Assembly: GCA_043228905.1 (NCBI GenBank)
Contig: JBHGNT010000016.1
Coordinates: 12,958,001 to 13,022,000, forward strand
DNA: 64,000 nt
Origin: Azolla caroliniana
Lineage: Eukaryota > Plantae > Polypodiophyta
Direction of reading: 5' to 3'
The notes beneath the pieces were generated by a model, which had not been told where the DNA came from, did no database searches, and saw nothing but the letters and a program-made list of their open reading frames with translations. Positions 49,634-61,457 of this stretch are shown here, in pieces; the stretch's first letter is position 1; every line of letters starts with the position of its first letter. The position numbers were made by a program, and so were the translations under genes.

Positions 49634-50517
49634 TGACGAAGAAAGATTTAATGGACTGGATGGAGTCTTCTAGCAAAGAGTTGAGTGTGAGCGCGATGCT
49701 CCACGAGTTCGAGCAAAGATTTGATCGTCTGCCTGCACTTGACAAAACGATTCTTGATTCCAGCAAGGTGCTCCTATTTATCAAATCAGTAGATGAGAAA
49801 GATCGAAGAGATCTTGGGCTACTATTAGAGAATGATGAAGGCCTCATTTCTGACTGGACAGCAGTGAAGAGAGCATGTGGACGTTTTGATTGACAGGAAC
49901 TACAACGCTCCTTATGCACAACGCTCGGCCACAACCGAGATTCTTTTCATACACAGAAAACAGGAAACGAAAACACGCGACACAAAGAGGAGAAGAGTAC
50001 ACAAGATGTTTACGTGGAAACCCAAACTAGGGAAAAAACCACGGCAGCCCACAGGCTGCAAACTATCACTATGCTAGAATGTACAACAGTGAGTTCACGG
50101 AGGCAACGACCTCATGCTCACGATCTTCGCCACAAGCGGCGGTTACAACAGAGGCAGCGACCTCTTTCTCTCTCTCTCTCTCTCCCTCTGTACACTGTTA
50201 CGTGCTCTCTCTTATTCTTGCACCAACAAGAAATGACAACAACAACTACAGTAACTAAAAGGTTTGCCCTAAGTCATATTTATACTAATATGACTTTTCG
50301 GCTATTTACAAATATAGCCTCGATGGACTCTCATAAACATATTTACGAATATGTCTCTTCATCCGGTTCTCACCGGGTCTGCAACATCCGGCTCTCCGTA
50401 GCCGGGTACTCCTCATCCGGTTCTCACCGGGCCTGCACCATCCGGCTCTCCGTAGCCGGGTACTCCTCATCCGGTTCTCACCGGGCCTGCACCATCCGGC
50501 TCTCCGTAGCCGGGTAC

Positions 50518-50595
50518 TGTCAGGATATGGCAAGACTCGAACCCATGACCTTAGGTTATATGGGTCGAGCTCTTGACCATTAGACCATCTATTGT
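50518..50595 (-). promoter_or_regulatory. tRNA-like A/B-box module at LTR U3 terminus (also 54751-54828)
   Basis: Minus strand TGGTCTAATGGTCAAG...CCCATATAACCTAAGGTCATGGGTTCGAGTC. Confidence 0.65.
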
Positions 50596-53500
50596 AGAAG
50601 CTTCAGGATTACTCCTGAAAACACTATAAAAGAGGGCACTAGGCATTATGTTGAACCAAATTGGTTCAACGCCAGTCTTAAGCCTTTTAGCCGCCATTGT
50701 ATATTCTCTTCATAGAATAAATATCTTTCTTATCATCACTCTCTCTCTCTCTCTCTCTCTGTCTCACTCACTTCTTCCTTCTCTTGAAGAAGTTCCACAC
50801 CTCTCGTAGTACTAATCCTTCGTTTAGTACTAATTCCTTCTCTGTCTCAGTACTGTTCATGAGAGTTTGAACCAATTTTCCTACCTTCTGTCTCTCTCAT
50901 TTCCTACTAATCTTTTATTCCTCTTTTCTTTCATCCCATGGCCACTGTTAGCGCTAAAGAATATCAATCTGTTTTCTCGGAATTTCAATGCTTGAAGGAG
51001 AAGTTCCATGCTTTGGAACAAGAAAACCAACAGTTGCTGGGGGATCTTCAGCAAATCTCCTTAGAAAAGCAGCAAACGCAACAACAACATGGGGAACTTG
51101 CGTTACGCATGCAACAACTCGAAGCCACCATCGTAGCGATGCAACAACACGGGCCCGGAACACAAGGGATTCATAAAGAACCTAAGATTGTCCTTCCCAC
51201 GAAGTTCGATGGAACGCGATCGCAGTTTAGAGGGTTCCTTAACCAAGTACGATTAGTTATTCAAATGTATCCTTCCCGATATCCCACTGATGCATCACAA
51301 GTGGATTTAGTAGGCACTTTGTTAAGTGGCTCAGCGTTGTCATGGTTCGCTCCACTATTAGAAAAGGAATCTCCGTTACTCAACAATTTTGAAGAGTTTC
51401 TAGGTGAGTTTAAAGCATGTTTCGGAGATACTGACAGCATTAGGACCGCAATCAACAAAATCCGGCGATTACGCCAAGGTGACCGTCCAGCCTCCGCATA
51501 CGCTGCAAATTTTCGCCTACTCGCCGTCGATATCCCTTGGGATGATCAAGCGTTGATGGAGCAATTCCGTTATGGTTTACGCAACGACGTCAAGGATTTA
51601 CTGTTGACCTTCCCCAAAGAGCCAAAGTCCTTAACAGAAGCAATCAGTCGCGCGGTGAGATGTGACAACCGCCTCTTTGAGCGACGTTCGGAACGATAGC
51701 TACAGATGCCAAGGGCTAGATCAGAGCCCACCTACGCCTCAGTGGTAGCAAGACCTTTTCCGAGGGAGTCATATAATGCGCCTCCAGCGAATACTCCGAC
51801 TCCGATGGAGATTGACACTACACGTCGTCGAGGGCCATTATCCGAAGAAGAAAAGCAGTGACGCCGTACAAATCGACTATGTCTTTACTGCGGTGGACCA
51901 GGCCATATCGCAATAAATTGCCCCCATAGGCCAAGAAGACAGGTAAACCAAATAGTCGTTAATTCTAATTGTACTAAATCCGAGCCTATTTCAATAGGGA
52001 TATCTGATAGTCCTAATAGTACTAATATCCCAGATCTAGCAAACAAATTTGATGTCCTTAGTCAGTTAGAAGAAGAGTTAAACGACTAAGTCAAGGCAAA
52101 ATAGGAGCCGTTTGGTTGGACAGCTCTAAATCTGTGCAGCCCATTAGTGGTTCCATTCCCTCTAAGCAAGTTAGTGATGTGTTCGTAGCCCAAGTAATAG
52201 TTAGTACTAAAAGTACCCCTCCAGTACATGTCCTAGCACTCCTAGATTCCGGAGCTAACTCTTGCTTTATGGATAAGAAATTTGCTCAAGCTCATAAGAT
52301 ATCCCTAAGAAAACTCCAGTGTCCAACCTCTGTAGTAGTCATCGATGGACGTCCCATTGCTTCCGGAAATATCCTAGAAGAGTCAGAGCCCATTAATATT
52401 GTCCTAGATAACTTAGCATGTGTAGTATCATCTAATATTATTAGTATCCCAGAACATCCTATAGTTTTAGGACTACCGTGGTTCGAGTTACATAACCCTG
52501 ACATAGATTGGAGAACAAGAGAAATCCGGTGTCGACAAACCCAAGGGTCAACTCAGAAGATGGCAACCATTTCGCTACGTCAGTTGCGTAAAGAAGGGCA
52601 CAAGGAGGAAATGATCCTCTTTGCAATATCAGTAAACCCCTCCAACACCACTAAAGAAGAATCCACCGTTCAACTTCCCGAGAAGTATCGTCATTACACC
52701 GATGTGTTCGATAAAGTACAAGCCAACACACTTCCTCATCATCGACCATACGATTGCCCCATCGATTTACAATCGGGAAAAGAGCCGCCATGGGGACCGA
52801 TCTACAATTTGTCACCAACCGAGCTGGAAGTCCTTCGGGCCTATATAGAGGAGAATTTGGAAAATGGTTTCATTCGGCATTCGAAATCTCTAGCCGGTGC
52901 GCTCATTTTCTTCGTCAAGAAAAAAGATGGATCACTTCGTCTCGTTGTAGATTACCATGGCCTGAATAAGGTTACAATCAAGAATAGGTATGCTCTTCCC
53001 CTTATCTCAAGTCTTTTAGAACGGATCAATGGTGCCAGGTTCTTCACGAAGATCGACTTACGGGGAGCATATAACCTCGTACGGATCCGACCAGGAGACG
53101 AATGGAAGACCGCGTTTCGCACCAGATATGGGCACTTCGAGTATACTGTCATGCCGTTCGGCCTCACTAATGCGCCGACAGTCTTCCAGCACATGGCTAA
53201 TGATATATTCCGAGATCTATTGGATGATTATTTGATCATCTATTTGGATGATCTACTGGTTTATTCAAAGACCCAAAAACAACATGATTCTCATGTACTA
53301 TTAGTACTAAAACGACTTCGAGAACATGATCTGTATGCAAAGCTAGAAAAATGTAGTTTCGGGTGCAACCAAGTGGAATTTCTCGGCTACATCATTTCGT
53401 CAGAAGGCATCTCCATGGACCCAGCTAAGGTCAAAACGGTGGTAGAATGGCAGACTCCGCGTTCGGTACGGGATGTGCAATGCTTCTTAAGCTTTGCCAA

Positions 53501-55045
53501 TTTTTACCGGAAGTTCATACAAGATTACTCAAAGATCGTTCTACCTCTCACACAACTTACCAGGAAGGGACAACCGTTCATCTGGTCTGAAGAAACGGAC
53601 ATGGCTTTCGAGAGTCTTAAAAAAGCATTTACATCGGCTCCAATTCTAGCTCATGTCGATCCGGAGAAACCATTCATTATCGAAGCTGACGCATCGGATT
53701 TTGCATTGGGGAGCATTCTGTCACAACAGGGGAATGATGAAAAGCTACATCCTGTGGTTTTTCACTCACGCAAGTTTGATGCCGCCGAAATCAACTACGA
53801 AATTCATGATAAGGAGCTATTGGCAATAGTGGATTCTTTTATGCAATGGAGGCATTTTCTGGAGGGATCCTCTCATCCAGTCACCGTATTTAGTGACCAC
53901 AAGAATCTTGCCTACTTTCAGGATGCTCGTGTGCTGATTCGACGTCAAGCTCGGTGGGCCCACTTCCTCACGCGTTTCGACTTCAAAATTACATATTGTC
54001 CGGGGAGGCGCCAAGGGAAGGCAGATGCATTATCACGGCGTTCGTATCTAGCACCCCGTCCAGGCGAGCCAGCTTTCGATAACCAAAAACAAGTCATCTT
54101 GGGACCGGCACGACTACAAGCAACACAAATATTTGACATGCCTATGGATTCCCGCGTTATCGATACCATACGTGAAGACTTGAAGACAGATGCATTCGCC
54201 CAAGCTATACTGGCACAAATTGATCCGTCATCGATACCATACGCGGATCGTCATCGACTTCCATCTAGTTTTAATATTGGAGATCGGGTGTGGCTGCTAC
54301 GACGACACATCAAGACTACTCGCCCATGTGAGAAGTTGGATTATCGGCGATTAGGTCCTTTCCGTATTATTGGAAAGATTAATGATGTCGCTTTTCGTCT
54401 CGATCTACCTCCTCAACTTCGGATACATCCGGTGTTTCATAGTTCTCTCTTTGAACCCTACCACGAGAGAACCATCCCAGAACGTCTTATCCAACCTCAA
54501 CCCCCGATCGAGCTTGAAGATGGGCCGGAGTACGAGGTTGCGGCCATCCTTGATTCCGAGATTGTTCGCAACAAGCTCTACTATCTAGTCGATTGGCTAC
54601 GCTATAGTCCCAGCGAACATACTTGGGAACCGATCGAGAATGTAACCAATGCTCGTGCTCTTCTTGAAGACTTCCATCGTCAATATCCACACAAACTAGG
54701 TCCTCAATCCAAGACGACTCGTGACACTCGTCGTTTTAAAGGGGGGATAGTGTCATGATATGGCAAGACTCGAACCCATGACCTTAGGTTATATGGGTCG
54801 AGCTCTTGACCATTAGACCATCTATTGTAATACGTAGGATATTATTTTCAATTACATTTTATTATAGGAAATTAGTGTATATTCCAGATTTCTCTGGAAC
54901 ATTCTAGAAGCTTCAGGATTACTCCTGAAAACACTATAAAAGAGGGCACTAGGCATTATGTTGAACCAAATTGGTTCAACGCCAGTCTTAAGCCTTTTAG
55001 CCGCCGTTGTATATTCTCTTCATATAATAAATATCTTTCTTATCA

Positions 55046-55101
<56 letters not shown>

Positions 55102-55196
55102 ACTTCTTCCTTCTCTCGAAGAAGTTCCACACCTCTCGTAGTACTAATCCTTCGTTTAGTACTAATTCCTTCTCTGTCTCAGTACTATTCATGACA
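50518..55196 (+). mobile_element. Second Tcn1-like chromovirus (LTRs 50518-50864 and 54751-55196), integrase core deleted
   Basis: TSD GGTAC; gag 50938- with stops; ORF 52116-54758 PR-RT-RH fused to GPF/chromodomain; 5' LTR lacks ~78 bp. Confidence 0.93.
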
Positions 55197-56099
55197 GGTA
55201 CTCCTCATCTGGTTCTCACCGGGCCTGCACCATCCGGCTCTCCGTAGCCAGGTACTCCTCATCCGGTCTTCACTAGGTCTGCACCATCCGACTCTCCGTA
55301 GCCGGGTACTCCTCATCCGATCTTCACCGAGTCTGCACCATCCGGAGGGACCTGTCTCCCAACAAACTCCCCCTTCACTCCGGCATGGGGTGTCTTACCA
55401 ATCTGATCCGCTTCCGGCATGCGTCCAGCTTGTCAGGTATCAAAACTTTGGTCAACATATCTGACCCGTTCTCGGCCGTGTAGATCTTCGACAGTGCGAA
55501 CTCCTGGTCATCTACTCTTTCCCGGATCCAGTGATACCTTCGCTGGATATGCTTCGTCCGGGAATGGTAGGCCACATTCTTAGCAAGGTGGATGACACTT
55601 TGACTATCCCAATAGAGTCGGTATTCATCTTGCCGGATACCGAGCTCTCCGATGAAGTCCTTCATCCATAATATTTCCTTGCCGGCTTCCACAGCCGCCA
55701 TGTACTCCGCCTCTATGGTTGACAACGCAACCGTCTTCTACAGCCTCGACTGCCACGAAACAGCTCCCCCTAAATATGTCATTACATACCCGGATGTAGA
55801 CCGGCTGGTATCCACATCAGCCGACATGTCCGAATCGATGAAACCGTCAAGTTGAGGTTTTCCGGAGCCGAATCGCAGACACATATTTGAAGTGCCCTTC
55901 AAATATCGGAGTATCCATTTGATAGCGTTCCAGTGCTCCTTGCCGGGATTGCTCATGAACCGGCTCACCACTTCGACTGCGTATCCTATGTCCAGTCGGG
56001 TACAAACCATTGCGTACATCAAGCTCCCGACGGCAGAGGCATATGGAATCTTCATCATATCCTCCTTCTCTACTCTTGTCTTCGGGCTTTGTTTACTAG

Positions 56100-57228
56100 T
56101 GTCGTGAAGATTTTCGGCAATAGTGTGAAAATCCTATAAAACGTACAAAATCGAGTATGAATCACGTAGTACAATAATTGTGAAGATAACATTTTAAATA
56201 GATTTAATATCTAAGTACAAAATGATGGAGGTTTCGAATGCACTTTATTACACGAGAAACGGACAACTAAATGTCAAGATATGAGGGTATAAAGTTTGTA
56301 AAAGGAAAGGAGAAAATTGTGAGATATCCCACATAGGCACGACAAATACAGCTCTCATCATATATAAGGTGGAGCAAAAGATATTATCTTTGTGTCTATG
56401 TGTGGAGCATAGAGAGTTCAAGGTAACTTGAACTAAGAGTGGAGGTGGGCTAGCTACTCGTAAAGGGTTTTGGCCAACCAAAACCGGACCGGCGATGGAG
56501 CTGGTGATCCGGCGGCAATCCAGCGGCATCCGGCGAGGCACCGGTAACCGACGGCATCCGGCGGCGGCACCGGTATCTGGCGACGGCATCGGTAACCGAC
56601 GGCAACGGTAACCAACGGCATCCGGCGACGGCAACGATAACCAACGGCATCCGGCGTCCGGCGACTAGATAAATAAATATATAAATATATATACATATTT
56701 ACATATACAAGGAGAGCAAGGATTCGAACCTTGCACCTCCAAGTTAGGAGTCAATTGGCTTACCATTAAGCCATGCTATTTAGTTGAAATCATATTTCTA
56801 TCATTGTACTTTTACATGTAAATTCTCATACATGAGAACTAAAATGAGTGACATGGTTATCATGCACCACATGTAATACATAAGCGCCAAATGGCAAACA
56901 TGCAATTTATGCATGTCTTGTACCCTCACATGCATCATATGCATGAGAGCATCTATAAAAGAGGGAAGGGGGAGGAGAAAAAACACGGTTTTTTTTATGA
57001 AAATTAAGAGGAAGAAATTCGTTATCAAATTGATCATGTAACATGTTTCTTAAATCTAAAGTTAAAAGTTGAATCAATCTCTCTCAATCGTGTAATCTCA
57101 ACTTCTCTCTTTCCCAATCAATCTTAAGTACTTTCTCGCCAAAGCTTGTATCGACTCTAAATGCTTCTGGTCCAGAACCCCGGCGGTTTCGCCTCACGAT
57201 CCGCGCGTAGTGACGGATCTTCACGACA
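56100..57228 (+). mobile_element. Solo LTR of family C inserted in B3 RT
   Basis: TGTCGTGAAGAT...ATCTTCACGACA; 4-bp TSD CTAG/CCGG (host copy B2 has CCGG here). Confidence 0.9.
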
Positions 57229-60200
57229 CCGGATAGCCTACAGTTTGCCGGAAGTGTCGATCCGACCGGTTTCGCTTCTAACATGTTGAACCGGTGAAGC
57301 ACCTTTGTCACGTACTTCTCCTATGACAGCCATAATTGCTTCTTTGACCAGTCCCGAATGATGTGCATCCCCAGCATCTGTCTTCCCGGACCCAAGTCTT
57401 TCATTGAGAAAGTCTGGTTGAGAGCCTTCTTCAGCATCAGTATTTTGACTTGGTCACGTTCGACGATCAACATGTCATCCACATACAGGAGGACTATCAG
57501 GAAGTCGCCTCCTTCGAACTTCTTCACAAACACGCAGTGATCGGCCTGCGTCTTGTGGTACCCTTGATCGGTCATGAAGGAGTTGAACTTCCGGTACCAT
57601 TGTCGGGGAGCCTGCTTCAGTCCGTACAGGCTCTTTTTTAACCGGCATACCAGGTGCTCCTTCCCTTTCTCCACGAATCCTTCCGGTTGTTGCATGTAGA
57701 TCTCCTCTTCGAGATCGTCGTGAAGGAATGTCGTCTTCACGTCCAGCTGTTCTACCTCAAGGTCCATGCTTGCCGCTATACTCAGCACCGTCCGGATGGA
57801 GGTCATCTTTACTACCGGGGCAAATATCTCGTCGAAGTCCACGCCCTTCCTCTGCTGGAACCCCTTCACCACGATCCTGGCTTTGTATCTTGAGGGGTTG
57901 CCGGCATCTCCCGGTTTCAATTTGTACACCCACTTGTTTCCGAGTGCCCGATTTCCTTTTGGCAACTCCACCAATTCGTACGTATGGTTCTCATGCAGGG
58001 AATCCATCTCATCTTGCATGGCACTTAACCATTTTCGGCTGTGGGTGTCATCCTTCGCTTCTTTGAAGCTTTCCGGCTCCCCCTCATCGGTTAGCAGCAC
58101 ATGTTCTGCATCCGGAAATATCCGGGGGGCCCTTCTCTCTCTTAGAGGATATCTCCGTCTCTGGGCTTCGGTAGCCGGCTCCTCCATTTGCTCTTCATCC
58201 GAATCCGAATCGGGGTCTAGGCCGGTTCCGGTCTCAGCTTCCTCTACTTCTTCTTCTACCGGTTCGGTATACTCACCGTAACCGGTTGGTTCCTCGAGTG
58301 CTAACCGGTCTCTTGTCGGTTGGGTCTACTCATCGTAGAGTCTATCCTTACCGGTCGACTCGGAGTTCATTATCTTCTTCTCCGACTCCCAGTCGGCGAG
58401 CGTCTTGTCCTCCATGAAGATAATATCTCGACTCCGTAATACCTTCTTGTCGACCGGGTCCCACACTCGGTAGCCGAACTCATCGTCACCGTAACCGAGG
58501 AATATGCATGGCCGGCTCTTTGGATCTAACTTTCCTCTCCGGTCCTTTGCTACATGCATGTACGCGAGACACCCGAACACCATCAGATGCCGGTAGGACA
58601 CTTCCTTACCGGTCCATACTCTCTGTGGCGTGTCTCCATCCAAGGGTACTGAGGGTGATCTGTTTTTCACGTATGTCGCCGTCGACAATGCCTCAGCCCA
58701 AAACTTCTTGGGTAGTTTTGCAAGCGCTAGCATACTCCGGACCCTCTCCATTATGGTCTGGCTCATCCTCTCGGCCAGTCCGTTTAGTTCCGGCGTCTTC
58801 GGCACGGTAAATTCGAGCCGGATTCCCTTCGAGCGGCAGTACTCCTCCAACTGCCCCCAGTATTCACCTCCGTTGTCTGCTCGAACCGCCTTCAGCTTCC
58901 GACCGGTTTCTCTTTCCACTCTCGCGTGGAGCTCTTTGAAGAAGGATAGCACCTGATCCTTCGTCTTCAACGGTGTGGCCCATAGCTTCCGGCTGTGGTC
59001 ATCTATAAACGTCACGAAGTACTGCACTCCGGCATGTGACTTCGTGTCTACTTGACACACATCCGTATGCACCAACTCCAGTGGTGCATTACGTCTCACC
59101 GGTGGCCTTGGTCGGAAGGAGGTCCGGTTTTGTTTACCGGCCAGACAATCAATGCACTTCTCCAAGTGCACGTTCTTCACTGGAATGAGGTTGTCGTCTG
59201 CAAGCCTCTTCATCCCCTTCTCGCTCATGTGACACACCCTCTTGTGCCACAGCTCACCGGCAGTGTCGGATTCCAAGTTCACTTCTTAAGGACATAACTG
59301 GGCATTCATCAGGTACAGTGTGTTGACATTCCGGGCCCGAGCCACAATCAGGCTCTCTTTGCTGAACTTCATGACACCGTTCCAGATGCTACCCATGTAG
59401 CCTTCATCATCCAGCTGACCGGCTGATATCAGGTTCAGACGAACCTCCGAAACGTGTCGGACATCCTTCAGCAGCAACTTGCATCCGGTTGGTGTTGATA
59501 GCCACACGTCTCCTATGCTGACAATTCGGCATGTACCTTCATTCCCCATCCGGACACAGCCATGATCATCGGCTGAGTAGGATGAGAAGCATTTCCGGTC
59601 CGGGGTAAGGTGGAACGATGCTCCGGAGTCTACTACCCAGGTCATCTCGTCGCCGGCAAGGTTTATCTCATTCTCCTCGGTGATGAGCATCAACTCTTCT
59701 TCACTTGCCGTGATTGCCGTCGTTCCCTTTCAGTCCGACCCCCTCCGGTCTTTACCGTTCCGGTGCGGGGTCCGCTTCGAATCGGTACCGTCAGTGTCCG
59801 TATCTTTTCGGAAATGCCGACAGTTCTTTTGGAAGTGTCCCGGCTTGCCGCAATAGAAGCAAGTGGGCCTCCCCCTTGACTTTGACCGTGTCCCCAACTT
59901 CTCCCGGTTCTGGGGACTACGGTTTCTATGTCTTCCATGTTCTGATTCGGTAAGGAGCGCTTTGGAGTCGGAGTTCGTATCTTTATCTTTCTGACGCGCC
60001 TCCTCATCTAGCAAGCTCGACTTTTTTCTTGCTAGGGATAACCGCTTTCCTTCCGGCCCGGCGTTGCCCAAAGTGACAACAAACGTCTCCCAACTATCCG
60101 AGAGGGAACCGAGCAGGAGTAGCGCTAGTACCTCGTCGGCGAGAGGTACTTCCAATGATGTTGCCTAGTGTATCAGCCCCTGGAAGGCATTCATGTGCTC

Positions 60201-61047
60201 CGCCATGCTGGAGCCATCTTGGTACCAGAGTCTTACTAGCTTCCGGAATACCGAAACCTGATTAACAACATTTTTGTTTTGAAACATTATGTCGATCTTC
60301 TCCCAGAGCTCATGAGCCTTGCTCTCTTCATTGAAGTTGTTGTATAGGCTCATGTCGATGAAGCACCGTATGTACGCCGTTGTCTTCATGTGCATCACCT
60401 CCCATATCGTGGTGTCGATTTTGTCCGGTCTCTTGTCCCCAAACTGAACCGGCAACCAAAGATCTTTTACCACGAGCATATCCCTCATCTTCGACTTCCA
60501 CACTAAATAGTTGGAGCTGGTGAGCTTGAACATGCCGCCCAGCGATTCGTCCATTTTTTGTGTCGTTTTGCTCTGATACCACTTGACGGGAACTACAACG
60601 CTCCTTATGCACAACGCTCGGCCACAACCGAGATTCTTTTCATACACAGAAAACAGGAAACGAAAACACACGACAAAAAGAGGAGAAGAGTACACAAGAT
60701 GTTTACGTGGAAACCCAAACTAGGTAAAAAACCACAGCAGCCCACAGGCTGCAAACTATCACTATGCTAGAATGTACAACAATGAGTTCATGGAGGCAAC
60801 GACCTCGTGCTCACGATCTTCGCCACAGGCGGTGGTTACAACAGAGGCAGGGACCTCTTTCTCTCTCTCTCTCTCTGTACACTGTTACGTGCTCTCTCTT
60901 ATTCTTGCACAAACAAGAAATGACAACAACAACTACAGTAACTAAAAGGTTTTGCCCTAAGTCAAATTTATACTAATATGACTTTCCGGCTATTTACAAA
61001 TATAGCCTCGATGGACTCTCAGAAACATATTTACGAATATGTCTCTT

Positions 61048-61457
61048 CATCCGGTTCTCACCGGGTCTGCAACATCCGGCTCTTCGTAGCCGGGTACTCC
61101 TCATCCGGTTCTCACCGGGCCTGCACCATCCGGCTCTCCGTAGCCAGGTACTCCTCATCTGGTTCTCACCGGGCCTGCACCATCCGGCTCTCCATAGCCG
61201 GGTACTCCTCATCCGGTCTTCACCGGGTCTGCAACATCCGGCTCTCCGTAGTCGGGTACTCCTCATCCGGTTCTCACCGGGCCTGCACCATCCGGCTCTC
61301 CGTAGCCGGGTACTCCTCATCTGGTTCTCACCGGGCCTGCACCATCCGGCTCTCCGTAGCCGGGTACTCCTCATCCGGTCTTCACCGGGTCTGCACCATC
61401 CGGCTCTCCGTAGCCGGGTACTCCTCATCCGGTCTTCACCGGGTCTGCACCATCCGG
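61048..61457. repeat. 54-bp CCGG-rich tandem array (~7.5 units) in family-B LTR U3; arrays also near 20098, 31846, 35835, 41238, 50361/55197
   Basis: Unit CCGGATGAGGAGTACCCGGCTACGGAGAGCCGGATGGTGCAGACCCGGTGAGAA (minus strand here). Confidence 0.95.

Noticed and set aside
61048-61457. Regular 54-bp array resembling CRISPR
   Set aside because: No unique spacers and no cas genes; head-to-tail repeat within copia LTR U3.
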